Source: a phage
Assembly (NCBI GenBank): GCA_025677605.1
Contig: GCA_025677605.1_4110.1
DNA: 64,000 nt
Reading direction: 5' to 3' (one strand)
A program made the translations under genes and the position numbers. Below the pieces are notes generated by a model. The model worked only from the letters and a program-made list of their open reading frames with translations. It was not told the origin of the DNA and searched no databases. Positions 9,545 to 18,438 of the stretch are shown one piece after another. Each line of letters opens with the position of its first letter. Position 1 is the stretch's first letter.

Positions 9545-9889
9545 TTATTCCTCTTCTATTAGTTCTAAACGATCTAAACGGTAAGTGAATCCGTACCATT
9601 CAGAACTTTTTGGATTTTCATATTCAACATCAACATAGATTGATGAATTCTTTACTCGCAACAAAGTAATAAACATAACTGTATTTTCGTTGATATGAGA
9701 AGCTTCATCATCACAATAAATCCAGTCAGAATCTACTTCATCCTCCTTAGCCTTATTGATGTGGTCAATATACTCTTGAGTGAATTTTACTTTTTTGCCT
9801 ATTAATTTATTTTTTAAGGTACTAACGAATTCTGATTGAAGATCAAGGAGAGATTCGAAGTACCTTAGTTCAGATGATAACGGAACCAT
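9545..9889 (-). CDS. family A small protein
   Basis: Motif LKNKLIGKKVKF followed by a beta-rich C-terminus. Confidence 0.6.
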   Translation of the reverse strand: MVPLSSELRYFESLLDLQSEFVSTLKNKLIGKKVKFTQEYIDHINKAKEDEVDSDWIYCDDEASHINENTVMFITLLRVKNSSIYVDVEYENPKSSEWYGFTYRLDRLELIEEE

Positions 9890-10506
9890 TAATCACAGCT
9901 TCCTGAACTTGAGCTTGAACTATCACAAGAGCCACTGTCATAAGAGGAAGATGAGTCGCTATAGGATGAAGTACTGATAATTGCGGCAGTTGTTGCTGCT
10001 GTCAGTAGAACAGTGCTTGTACCATCATCAGTACTGGTAGTACTGGAAGATGCTTCCTTATCAGTTTTAGTGCTTTTGCGAGTTGTACTGGTTTTTTTGG
10101 TATTTTTAGTGCTAGTCTTGCGACCTTTTGTTTTCTTAGAAGTTTTTGCTTTTGTTTTAGTTGTTGATGCTTTTGGTTGTGGTTCTTCTTTTACTGGAAC
10201 TTCTTCAACTTCTTCCTGAACTGATTTAACTTCTTCAGCCGCACCATCAATGTAAACGTCATCAACAGTTAAAGTTGGCGTATATCCTTCAAAAACTGGT
10301 ACATCATGTACTGCTTTATCACGATTATCGTCAATGACTGGTGTCATGTCACGGCGACCCATAATAATTAGTAAACCTAGTTCTAGTACTGGCGTAAAAA
10401 TAATACCAAATACTGTGTATGCCAGTGCATTACGGTTGTAAGATTTTGCCAAAAACCAACCAATAACCAGACCAAGTACGTATAGTACGTATAGTGCATA
10501 AATCAT
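9889..10506 (-). CDS. membrane-anchored protein with S/T/K-rich low-complexity tail
   Basis: Two N-terminal hydrophobic helices, then an acidic VEEV repeat region, a TSKKTKGRKTSTKNTKKTSTTRKSTK tract, and a Ser/Cys-rich end SSSSSSGSCD. Confidence 0.6.
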   Translation of the reverse strand: MIYALYVLYVLGLVIGWFLAKSYNRNALAYTVFGIIFTPVLELGLLIIMGRRDMTPVIDDNRDKAVHDVPVFEGYTPTLTVDDVYIDGAAEEVKSVQEEVEEVPVKEEPQPKASTTKTKAKTSKKTKGRKTSTKNTKKTSTTRKSTKTDKEASSSTTSTDDGTSTVLLTAATTAAIISTSSYSDSSSSYDSGSCDSSSSSSGSCD

Positions 10507-10802
10507 AGTATGACTCCTTTAATTACAATTATTTTACCGATATCTTCGATATAATTAGAAAAGTGATAGTTGTCTTGGTATATCAACCACGCACCAAACC
10601 CATCTACTATTTCGATTATATTAATTTCTTCAATTGGATTATTTTTACATTCAGCAACTAACGGACAAAAATAATCATTTAAAATTTGAAGATATATTTT
10701 ACTTACCTCTAACCATTCAGTTCTATTATAGTATTTGTCAAAAGTAAAAGTTTCCCACAGAAGTTTATATGTTTCTTCTGCTTCATATAATATTTTAATC
10801 AT
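10503..10802 (-). CDS. hypothetical small protein (99 aa)
   Basis: ORF-track ORF with a 4-nt overlap junction. Confidence 0.55.
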   Translation of the reverse strand: MIKILYEAEETYKLLWETFTFDKYYNRTEWLEVSKIYLQILNDYFCPLVAECKNNPIEEINIIEIVDGFGAWLIYQDNYHFSNYIEDIGKIIVIKGVIL

Positions 10803-11101
10803 ATACTAATAATTTCGTTAGTGGATACTACTCTTCCGTACATCAATGGGATTACGTACACATTTGGAACCGAAATCCCCACTGATTTAATTGTATCACA
10901 TAGCTCATTATTTGTCCTGGCATTTTTGAACTTTATTTCTCTACCTTCAAATGCATCAATAACAGATTGTGAATATGAATCCATTAACACCCTGAAGTTA
11001 ATCATCATAGTTGGGTAGTCTAGTATCCCCTCAAGTCGCATATCATGGCACGTTCTGAATAGCATAATGTATGTTTTATGACAAAGTAATAGTTCATTCA
11101 T
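10799..11101 (-). CDS. hypothetical small protein (100 aa)
   Basis: ORF-track ORF with a 4-nt overlap junction. Confidence 0.55.
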   Translation of the reverse strand: MNELLLCHKTYIMLFRTCHDMRLEGILDYPTMMINFRVLMDSYSQSVIDAFEGREIKFKNARTNNELCDTIKSVGISVPNVYVIPLMYGRVVSTNEIISI

Positions 11102-11415
11102 ATGAAAATCTCATCCAGATACAATGTAGTACTGGGTCTGTCTGTATTAACATCAGTACTGCAATCAATCATCAGACCGTAGTCAGTACCCCATATTTGC
11201 TTGATATAAAGGTCATAATCACGACTGGTATTTGCTTCATATACTACATTATTATAAAAAAGATCAGTCAATTCGTAATAGAAATCTTTAACACGTTTAT
11301 TCACCTCTTTTCTGTACATATCCATCTCAACGTTATCAATGTACAATAACCATTTCAGACAATAATTAAAATGATTCTCGTACATTATTAATTTATTATA
11401 TTCTTCTTGTGTCAT
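11098..11415 (-). CDS. hypothetical small protein (105 aa)
   Basis: ORF-track ORF. Similar in size and layout to 11412..11735 (…GTDYGL.ID / …GTGYGIFVD). Confidence 0.55.
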   Translation of the reverse strand: MTQEEYNKLIMYENHFNYCLKWLLYIDNVEMDMYRKEVNKRVKDFYYELTDLFYNNVVYEANTSRDYDLYIKQIWGTDYGLMIDCSTDVNTDRPSTTLYLDEIFI

Positions 11416-11735
11416 AGTTCAATCTCTTCTATGTACATACTATTTTCTATGTACGGATCAAATGGGTGTATTTTATAATCAACGAATATTCCATATCCTG
11501 TACCAAAAACACCATGAATATATACAATATCATCTTCGCACTTAATAGTTCTGTACTTAAATCTCTTTTCCAATGATTCATATATTTCACTAATTATACA
11601 GTTAATATAGTTATATAACTGATGGTTTGATTTAGTGCATTGTTCTTCAAGAAGTATATTATATAGAATCAGAAAGTATCTGTTTATATAATTCAAATAA
11701 TCTAATTCACTTTTTGTTATTAACGTGTTGGTCAT
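11412..11735 (-). CDS. hypothetical small protein (107 aa), paralogue of 11098..11415
   Basis: Shares a C-terminal WGTDYGLMID / FGTGYGIFVD segment and an ...IEEIEL / LDEIFI end. Confidence 0.55.
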   Translation of the reverse strand: MTNTLITKSELDYLNYINRYFLILYNILLEEQCTKSNHQLYNYINCIISEIYESLEKRFKYRTIKCEDDIVYIHGVFGTGYGIFVDYKIHPFDPYIENSMYIEEIEL

Positions 11736-12051
11736 ATATAATCTCTATCTCATTTGAATCGTAATATGCTTTATGGGTTCTTGTTTTATTTTGGTATTTT
11801 ATTTTGGTTTTGATAAAATATATAACCTTTTTCCATTCATAATACACGTACTCAATTTTACCATAGTCACCAGTACTAAGTAATACTTTTTTACCTTTGT
11901 ACAGTTCTTGTAATTGTGTTTTATAATCCTCAAGAAATCTACTTTCAAAAATTTTTACATCACTTTCCATCACAAGGTCGATAAGAATAGCAAGATGCCT
12001 ATCCAATAATAGTAAGTTCTCTTGATCGTATTGCATAATATCTTTGTCCAT
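11707..12051 (-). CDS. family A small protein (start uncertain)
   Basis: Motif ELYKGKKVLLSTGDYGKIEYVYY. The ORF-track start at 12123 is a TTG and overlaps the upstream gene by 125 nt. An internal ATG was chosen without strong SD support. Confidence 0.45.
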   Translation of the reverse strand: MDKDIMQYDQENLLLLDRHLAILIDLVMESDVKIFESRFLEDYKTQLQELYKGKKVLLSTGDYGKIEYVYYEWKKVIYFIKTKIKYQNKTRTHKAYYDSNEIEIIYDQHVNNKK

Positions 12052-12307
12052 TATCAGATTTTGCCGTATACATGTATGCCCCATAAGAATATGATATGTT
12101 GGTAATTTCAACTTCTCTTCCAAGATATATAGCTTTTGTTCCTACGTATTTTTTAAGCAGTGGTGTAGTTAGATCAAGGAGATAGGTTTCAAGGAAATCG
12201 GAAATATCATAACATGGGTCTACTAATTGAGTATGAAAGAAACGACGAGTATCTCTTATCAATTTCACTTGCCTGTCATACAATTCTAATCTCGTCATAT
12301 GTTGCAT
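11999..12307 (-). CDS. family A small protein (start trimmed, uncertain)
   Basis: Motif KKYVGTKAIYLGREVEITNISY. An internal ATG was chosen to limit overlap with 12276..12557. Confidence 0.45.
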   Translation of the reverse strand: MQHMTRLELYDRQVKLIRDTRRFFHTQLVDPCYDISDFLETYLLDLTTPLLKKYVGTKAIYLGREVEITNISYSYGAYMYTAKSDNGQRYYAIRSRELTIIG

Positions 12308-12557
12308 CCCATAAAAAACCTGCTCGTTCGCACCTGTACAAAATATTACCATTCCAGGTCGCCACTTCAATAATTGTCCATGTTAAATCGGTATCATCTA
12401 GAACATTGACACCAAAAACCACTTTTGATAATTCGTTCTCGTAATTATCCATCAGTACTGATAATGATGTTAGTAATCTTTCATCGGATTCTGAAAAATA
12501 TAAACTACGTAAAATACGATAATGATAATAAAAAAACTTCAATGAATCATTATTCAT
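12276..12557 (-). CDS. hypothetical small protein (93 aa)
   Basis: ORF-track ORF. Confidence 0.55.
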   Translation of the reverse strand: MNNDSLKFFYYHYRILRSLYFSESDERLLTSLSVLMDNYENELSKVVFGVNVLDDTDLTWTIIEVATWNGNILYRCERAGFLWDATYDEIRIV

Positions 12558-12859
12558 GAAAAAATAAACCTCGAATATATTCTTGAGCGAAATGTTATAT
12601 TACTTGGGATATATTTGCAACAAAGGTATGGATATCCGTAAGTGCTGGATTCGATTTTGGTAATAATAACATCACTACCTCGATATTTGCACTGAACATT
12701 TGAGTATTTTTTATTCAAAAAGTCAAGATATTCATCATGAAAATGAATGAGTTGTTCTTCAAACTTGTATTGTTTTTCATTATACATTGCAAGAGATTCT
12801 TCTTTAAGAAGATATAATGTTTTCAATAATGCTTGGAATTCATTCGTATTCATATCCAT
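12554..12859 (-). CDS. hypothetical small protein (101 aa), possible family A
   Basis: LNKKYSNVQCKYRGSDVIITKI resembles the family A motif region. Confidence 0.55.
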   Translation of the reverse strand: MDMNTNEFQALLKTLYLLKEESLAMYNEKQYKFEEQLIHFHDEYLDFLNKKYSNVQCKYRGSDVIITKIESSTYGYPYLCCKYIPSNITFRSRIYSRFIFS

Positions 12860-13106
12860 CCACAGTAGTTATTGTTGCTCGCGTTGTGAATTGGTATCTA
12901 TGCCCATACATATCAACGCCAGATACAACTATATTATTGTTAGTATCAAGATATACTGAATCAATTTTAATAATGCGTTCCCAGTCACTTGTATCATAGA
13001 CACATTTAACATATGTATCTTTATATTTTTCTGATAGTTGCTTTACTAAATTTTTCAGTACTTGAATATGTGAATTAACAAATTGGAAATCTATATTAAT
13101 ATTCAT
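12840..13106 (-). CDS. hypothetical small protein (88 aa), possible family A
   Basis: SEKYKDTYVKCVYD followed by a beta-rich C-terminus. Confidence 0.55.
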   Translation of the reverse strand: MNINIDFQFVNSHIQVLKNLVKQLSEKYKDTYVKCVYDTSDWERIIKIDSVYLDTNNNIVVSGVDMYGHRYQFTTRATITTVDGYEYE

Positions 13107-13108
13107 GT

Positions 13109-13369
13109 TTATTCATCCGTTATAGATAATTCAGAGATAATTTTTACCATATGTTCACCCAAGAAATTGTTAGATCCAGTTAGGAATATTTTAGCTTTTA
13201 TTTTAATTTCATCACTAAGTGGAGAATAATAAATCTCTACAATTTGTCCACGTCTCCCAGTTGATAAACATGTAGCAATTTTGCCTATGTACTTGATTCG
13301 CAACTCTTCCATTAGGGAGTGCAAAACCAACTGACATTGTTTGAAATGTACATCATAACTATTATCCAT
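13109..13369 (-). CDS. family A small protein
   Basis: Motif LRIKYIGKIATC followed by a beta-rich C-terminus. Confidence 0.6.
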   Translation of the reverse strand: MDNSYDVHFKQCQLVLHSLMEELRIKYIGKIATCLSTGRRGQIVEIYYSPLSDEIKIKAKIFLTGSNNFLGEHMVKIISELSITDE

Positions 13370-13383
13370 TATATCACCTAAAT

Positions 13384-13414
13384 TAAAAGAAAAGGGATCA
13401 GTACTGATCCCTTT
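13384..13414 (-). terminator. intrinsic terminator after pseT
   Basis: Perfect 24-nt palindrome AAAGGGATCAGTACTGATCCCTTT (10-bp stem, GTAC loop) followed on the minus strand by TCTTTTA. Confidence 0.75.
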
Positions 13415-13421
13415 GTAATAA

Positions 13422-14354
13422 TCAAAATAGTCCAGGTTCCACCTGAAATACTTTCAAGCCTAGTAGCTTACGCCACATGAATACAACGGCGGCCCTGTCA
13501 TCAAATACTTTCTTAACATCGTAATGATTAACAACGTTATTCATATACAACTCGAATTTGACAACATCATCAGGACGTTTATCATCGATAGCTCGCATTA
13601 ACAATACATCGTAGGGAATGCCCCAATTCTTAAGCCACTGTTCAGTATCAGCACGACACCCTTCAGTACGCCCACTCATGACGATTACCTTACGCTTATG
13701 GAAAACAGCCTCAGCAATGACAGACAGAATTACTTCTTCATCTGGTGTATCCTGAAGGACAGTACTTTCATCAAACGGGTTACGTCCCCACTTATGAGCA
13801 AGAGTACCGTCGATATCAACAATGATAGCAGCTTCACGTGCATTACCATAGTAACCAATGTGTAATGCCTTTCTATAATAGTACGTATCTGCCATTGTGT
13901 CAATGATATCATATTGAACTGAACGCTCACGCTGGAGGTTATATTTCTTACAAAGTTTTACGAACTCTTTAATCTTAAAGAATTCATGAACATCTGCACC
14001 ACGGTCTTCATTAGGCACAAAATCATCATAGAAGTTCTTTTCTTTGTAATCATAACCATTATCTTTAGCCCAACGTTTCCATTCATCACGAAAACCTTGT
14101 TTCAGGTTCGTATCGGACACAATAATATTCCATCCATTCGCTGCTGCGGCGTTTGCTGCACTGAACTGTTGATTAGTTACGTACTTCTCGTTCGCATCAG
14201 TGAATTTATAAGCATCATGTGACCCAGCCATAGACTCTCGAATATCATCACGGTTGATGTTGATAGTCTTGGACTTTGCTTTTTTAATTTCTTGCACTGC
14301 CCACGTGGTTTTACCACATCCTGGCAATCCAACTGTTAGTGTAATAGTTGGCAT
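13422..14354 (-). CDS. pseT: polynucleotide 5'-kinase / 3'-phosphatase (T4 PseT-like)
   Basis: P-loop GLPGCGKTTWA, NINRDD, and phosphatase DxDGT motif IVDIDGTLA. Collinear with the recalled T4 Pnkp sequence, including the C-terminal ...KRPDDVVK... and W..LG...FQV segments. Confidence 0.9.
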   Translation of the reverse strand: MPTITLTVGLPGCGKTTWAVQEIKKAKSKTININRDDIRESMAGSHDAYKFTDANEKYVTNQQFSAANAAAANGWNIIVSDTNLKQGFRDEWKRWAKDNGYDYKEKNFYDDFVPNEDRGADVHEFFKIKEFVKLCKKYNLQRERSVQYDIIDTMADTYYYRKALHIGYYGNAREAAIIVDIDGTLAHKWGRNPFDESTVLQDTPDEEVILSVIAEAVFHKRKVIVMSGRTEGCRADTEQWLKNWGIPYDVLLMRAIDDKRPDDVVKFELYMNNVVNHYDVKKVFDDRAAVVFMWRKLLGLKVFQVEPGLF

Positions 14355-14666
14355 TTAATCCTCAATAAATTTCACATTCTTTAGATTGTACCACGAAAAA
14401 CGTTCATGTCGTGTGTTGTGTCCTATAGTTACTTCTACATAGCACTCGTCAGAAATGTGATGAGTAACTACATGAAATTTAACATTAACATCACTAATGA
14501 TAGTTTCGAACCATGTTTTAGTGTTGTAATCCCAGCATTCAACTTTCTTACCAATGAGTGATTTCTTGTATTGTGTAATCATATCATGAACAATTTCAGA
14601 AATAGTATTAGTTAATTCAATTTCTGCATTCATTAAATTATTAAGTTCTTTTAATGCTTTATTCAT
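14355..14666 (-). CDS. family A small protein
   Basis: Motif YKKSLIGKKVECW followed by a beta-rich C-terminus. Confidence 0.6.
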   Translation of the reverse strand: MNKALKELNNLMNAEIELTNTISEIVHDMITQYKKSLIGKKVECWDYNTKTWFETIISDVNVKFHVVTHHISDECYVEVTIGHNTRHERFSWYNLKNVKFIED

Positions 14667-14938
14667 TAGATTACCTCAATAATATCATCAATTGAGATAC
14701 CAATACAATTATCGACAGTGATATTCAATGTAAAATCATCATCTACATATACATTAGTGATTTTACCATAAACATTCATCCCATCATAAGATGATTTATA
14801 ACGTACTCTTTTGTTAATATATTTTGCACGTAGAGTATTACTCTCACGGTACAATATATCCGTCAAACATTCTGATAGTACTTTATAATATAACAAATCA
14901 CTTGAATGATTGTTTTTCATTGTATTTCCCAACTCCAA
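14666..14938 (-). CDS. family A small protein (start may be the internal ATG at 14920)
   Basis: Motif LRAKYINKRVRYK followed by a beta-rich C-terminus. Confidence 0.55.
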   Translation of the reverse strand: MELGNTMKNNHSSDLLYYKVLSECLTDILYRESNTLRAKYINKRVRYKSSYDGMNVYGKITNVYVDDDFTLNITVDNCIGISIDDIIEVI

Positions 14939-15134
14939 ATCGCTTGGAGATTTTTACAAGTACAGCTTCATCACAACGAATACTAGCAGTGTCATTGGAT
15001 GAACTGTACTTTAAGGGGGTCCACTGTAATTGAGATTCTTCAAGGAACTTGATACATCTGAAGTAATCTTTCAGAGAAAGAAACTTAACCACTGACATAT
15101 CCTGAACAATACTATGCTGAACTTCAACTTTCAT
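14898..15134 (-). CDS. hypothetical small protein (78 aa)
   Basis: ORF-track ORF. Confidence 0.5.
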   Translation of the reverse strand: MKVEVQHSIVQDMSVVKFLSLKDYFRCIKFLEESQLQWTPLKYSSSNDTASIRCDEAVLVKISKRFGVGKYNEKQSFK

Positions 15135-15143
15135 ATGAACTCC

Positions 15144-15401
15144 TTATAGTGGATCGAATTTATTTTCACGTTTTGATGTATAGCGAGTTACATCATGTAT
15201 TCTCGGCTTAACATCCTTTGGTTTCCTTTTCTTCTTATATTCAGTACTACTACACCCAAAAGTATTCTCGATTCGCTTCTTACTAATCTTCACACCTTTC
15301 ATTGAGCGTTTGTGCTGTAAATCATCGATTTCTTGTTGTATTTTCCTGAACTCAGTAGGAGAAAGGGAACCATCATTTTTATACTTAGGTTTAGCCATCA
15401 C
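15144..15401 (-). CDS. hypothetical basic protein (85 aa)
   Basis: Lys/Arg-rich (KKKRKPKDVKPR). No motif recognised. Confidence 0.55.
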   Translation of the reverse strand: MMAKPKYKNDGSLSPTEFRKIQQEIDDLQHKRSMKGVKISKKRIENTFGCSSTEYKKKRKPKDVKPRIHDVTRYTSKRENKFDPL

Positions 15402-15427
15402 TTCTCCTTGTGCTGGGCTAGTTAGTA

Positions 15428-16573
15428 CTAAAAATCCTTTAGTACATCTTTGTAGTACTTTAGTAAAGTCTCTTTATAATCGACACTTTTGCCATTGTAC
15501 AACGCAAAGGCCAAGCCTTGTCGGTTCAATACATTAGGTAAATCTTGCTGAACCTTTTGAGCGAATTCCTTTCGCTCTAAGTGCTTGTATGCATGGACGA
15601 AGCTTTCTACCTCATCTTGTAAAGCATTATAGCACGAAAATACCAATTGTTCCATTCTTAATATCTTATCCATAGCATATGTATCAGTACTGAACAATTG
15701 TTTTAAGTCATCACTTGCACCAGTCAGTACAGCTTCATATAAATGGGAATCAATAAGAATGGAATCTTTTGTTAAATGCAAAGAGCAATACCAGTCAGTT
15801 TTGATTTTGCACATTGTACCATCTTTCATTATACACACAAAACCTTCAATGTCAAGCATAGAACGTACTTTATCGATTGACTCTTTAAATGTAGGCATAA
15901 TCGGGAATGTATGATGAATGTCATTACCTGTCATATTAGTACTGTACTGTGAAAGGCATGGAAACTTATCACGTAGTGCTTTACCGCATAACAACTCACC
16001 ACTAATACGATGACGAACGTTAAGAACAAATAACTGTTCCACCTGATATGGTAACACAATTCGATACTCTGGGCTTGTGTATTCCAGATTCACAGTATAG
16101 CCCAAACGGTCTGCTTCATCAATGTATTGATAGAGATTTTGGTTCTCGTTCAAAAGTCGAGTACTGTTAATAGCATGGTCAGAAGATAACGAAGTGTGTG
16201 ATTTGCAACGGATTTCACCATCATTATCACGGAATGTGCTGATGATAGATCCATCTAGCTTAGGCATTACAACCGCAATATCATCACAGGTAGTATCAGC
16301 ACTGAACATTGTGTACGGGTTTTCATATGCATTGAAGAACTTTTTCATTGTACGTGCTGCACAACGAATCATAATTCCGTTGGAATCAATTTCCCACATA
16401 GAACCACGAGTTTCTAGTGCATTTTTATTTGTGAAATCGGTATAAGATGCCAGACGATAGGTGAATACACGGTATAAACCACCACCAGGGCTTGTGTGAT
16501 CTATATAGAAAAATGCATCATTAGATTCACATAGTTCCATTAAATCATTGTATATTTCTCGTAAATTACTCAT
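15428..16573 (-). CDS. rnlA: RNA ligase 1 (T4 RnlA-like)
   Basis: N-terminus IYNDLMELCE...FFY...YRVFTYRLASYTDF...ALETRG parallels recalled T4 Rnl1 LFNNLMELCK..FFY..YRIFSYNYASYSDW..ALECRG. It has a nucleotidyl-lysine motif PKLDGS and IKTDWYCSLH (T4 has IKSDWYVSLH). Length is 381 aa versus 374 aa. Confidence 0.9.
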   Translation of the reverse strand: MSNLREIYNDLMELCESNDAFFYIDHTSPGGGLYRVFTYRLASYTDFTNKNALETRGSMWEIDSNGIMIRCAARTMKKFFNAYENPYTMFSADTTCDDIAVVMPKLDGSIISTFRDNDGEIRCKSHTSLSSDHAINSTRLLNENQNLYQYIDEADRLGYTVNLEYTSPEYRIVLPYQVEQLFVLNVRHRISGELLCGKALRDKFPCLSQYSTNMTGNDIHHTFPIMPTFKESIDKVRSMLDIEGFVCIMKDGTMCKIKTDWYCSLHLTKDSILIDSHLYEAVLTGASDDLKQLFSTDTYAMDKILRMEQLVFSCYNALQDEVESFVHAYKHLERKEFAQKVQQDLPNVLNRQGLAFALYNGKSVDYKETLLKYYKDVLKDF

Positions 16574-16833
16574 CTAATTACCTCTATATCTACATCTGTG
16601 CCATAGTAGGAAACGTAACCATTATCTGACTTACATTGAATTGATAACTCTGATTCATAGTATGTTACTTTGATCACTGTTAGAACTTTTTCTTCAATTT
16701 CTCCCGTTAAATAATCCATTTCACGAACACGAATGTTGGTTCCTTTTGGGAGTTCTTGTGCAATTTTATTAACAAGTTCAAAAGCAGCTTCTTCAAGTGT
16801 GTGCAACAATTGCAATCTATCTTGGATATTCAT
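16570..16833 (-). CDS. family A small protein (87 aa; start trimmed)
   Basis: The ATG at 16833 (MNIQDRLQLL...) is preceded by GGTGGAAA and lies just after the upstream stop. Motif ELPKGTNIRV. Confidence 0.55.
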   Translation of the reverse strand: MNIQDRLQLLHTLEEAAFELVNKIAQELPKGTNIRVREMDYLTGEIEEKVLTVIKVTYYESELSIQCKSDNGYVSYYGTDVDIEVIR

Positions 16834-16834
16834 A

Positions 16835-17524
16835 TTATTTCCACCAACTGGTATCACGTCCATTAGATAAAGACTCATTGTACTGATGCCTGAAATTTGT
16901 ATCAGGATTATTAATCATAGTACTAATAAAATCAAATTTAGTGTTCTCTTGGATATATTCAATAACACTATCTTTAAACTTGATAGTACTGAAATCTAAA
17001 TCCAAATGTTCATACGATACTGGATGACAAAACTCATGTGTACGCAATGATCTCATCGTATCCTTAATGTATTGTACGGTGTTAATCATTGCTTCATAGT
17101 CTGGCATTGCACGCATCATCATAAGCTGGAAGTGTTCTTCCTCTGTCATTGATTCATCTAAATCAATAACAACTTCTTCATTCTTAGAGTCATATACTTT
17201 AATCTTACTATTCGTAGGGTCAAGCATAGCCCAATCAGGGTACAGGCATGTTTTCCAGAAAGGATTATTACACTGAAACATACTGACCAGTACTTGATTT
17301 TTATCGAAGATTGCAAAACCAAGATCATTACTGGGCTGTACTTCACACACATATATATCATATGCAGAGTCTTCAGAGCAGAATGATCCAACTACATTTG
17401 ATATATGTGAATATGGAGTTTCTCTTGATTTTAATTCAAAGGCTCTCTCCATGCGGTTAATCTGTGGTTGTAAAGTAATTACACCCCTTAGTACATATAA
17501 AATTCTATCTAAATCTTTAATCAA
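16835..17524 (-). CDS. family B-like protein (outlier copy, divergent)
   Basis: Contains MTEEEHFQLMMMRA, i.e. the acidic-x-FQ core without the Ser. Confidence 0.55.
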   Translation of the reverse strand: MIKDLDRILYVLRGVITLQPQINRMERAFELKSRETPYSHISNVVGSFCSEDSAYDIYVCEVQPSNDLGFAIFDKNQVLVSMFQCNNPFWKTCLYPDWAMLDPTNSKIKVYDSKNEEVVIDLDESMTEEEHFQLMMMRAMPDYEAMINTVQYIKDTMRSLRTHEFCHPVSYEHLDLDFSTIKFKDSVIEYIQENTKFDFISTMINNPDTNFRHQYNESLSNGRDTSWWK

Positions 17525-18099
17525 AATTCTATCCCCGTGTCGGTTAATTTTGCCCCGTCCATGTACCTGACAGTTATTTCAATACGACTCTCGGCACTCA
17601 ATTTCTGAAGCTCACTGTAGTACAATTTAAATTCTTCAAAAAACTCAAACGGTGGAATATCGAATAGAGTACTCATCTGGAAGTGCTCAGGTAAGCCAAA
17701 ATCTAATATATTAATCTTAGGAATAAGACCATCTGATGCTGCACCTTCAGGTGTACTGCTGTCTGCTATATAAAACATAGAATCACCATGACGCTGAATG
17801 ACGAATATACAATCATCTTCAGTTACATAAATTATATTTCCTAGGTATGGATCATTATCACACCACTCATCATGGACGAGTTCTTCAACTTGAAGTAAAT
17901 CTTTTATAATTCCCTGACCACTATCATCAACTCGAATATGTAAACCAGAATCATCTTTACTCAACCAGCGGTATCTTGAATCACATCCTGATTCCATAAA
18001 TGGATATTTTGAAAAATCCATGTCAGTACCGTTATAATACCAATTGTACCACTCGTTACGCATAGTAATCAGCTTAGTACTTAATTCTACAATATTCAT
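17521..18099 (-). CDS. family B (FQxS) protein, outlier copy
   Basis: Contains GLPEHFQMSTLFD. Confidence 0.6.
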   Translation of the reverse strand: MNIVELSTKLITMRNEWYNWYYNGTDMDFSKYPFMESGCDSRYRWLSKDDSGLHIRVDDSGQGIIKDLLQVEELVHDEWCDNDPYLGNIIYVTEDDCIFVIQRHGDSMFYIADSSTPEGAASDGLIPKINILDFGLPEHFQMSTLFDIPPFEFFEEFKLYYSELQKLSAESRIEITVRYMDGAKLTDTGIEF

Positions 18100-18395
18100 T
18101 TTAGTTTTAACCTTTTAGCAACATATTCTCTTAATTTTCCATCTGGAAGTTCTACTACAAAATATGGATGATATGTTAGTCTCAGAGTAACCCTTTTTAT
18201 TACACCTCGGTCATATGATATGGGAATTCCATAGGGATCATCAATTTCAACCTCCTTACCATATAACATTGCATTGCATGTATAGGTGTATTGCGTGAGT
18301 ATACCGAGCATAGTACTAACGGAACCACCACTGCTCCATCTGGCAACATCAGCAAGCATTGTTATAGTACTACTAACTAATTGTATTTTGTCCAT
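18096..18395 (-). CDS. family A small protein
   Basis: Motif NAMLYGKEVEID followed by a beta-rich C-terminus. Confidence 0.55.
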   Translation of the reverse strand: MDKIQLVSSTITMLADVARWSSGGSVSTMLGILTQYTYTCNAMLYGKEVEIDDPYGIPISYDRGVIKRVTLRLTYHPYFVVELPDGKLREYVAKRLKLK

Positions 18396-18404
18396 AATGT
18401 ACCT

Positions 18405-18431
18405 ACAAAAAAGACCAGCAATCCATGCTGG
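18405..18431 (-). terminator. intrinsic terminator
   Basis: Minus strand reads CCAGCA-TGGAT-TGCTGG followed by TCTTTTTTG. Confidence 0.7.
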
Positions 18432-18438
18432 CCTGTAC

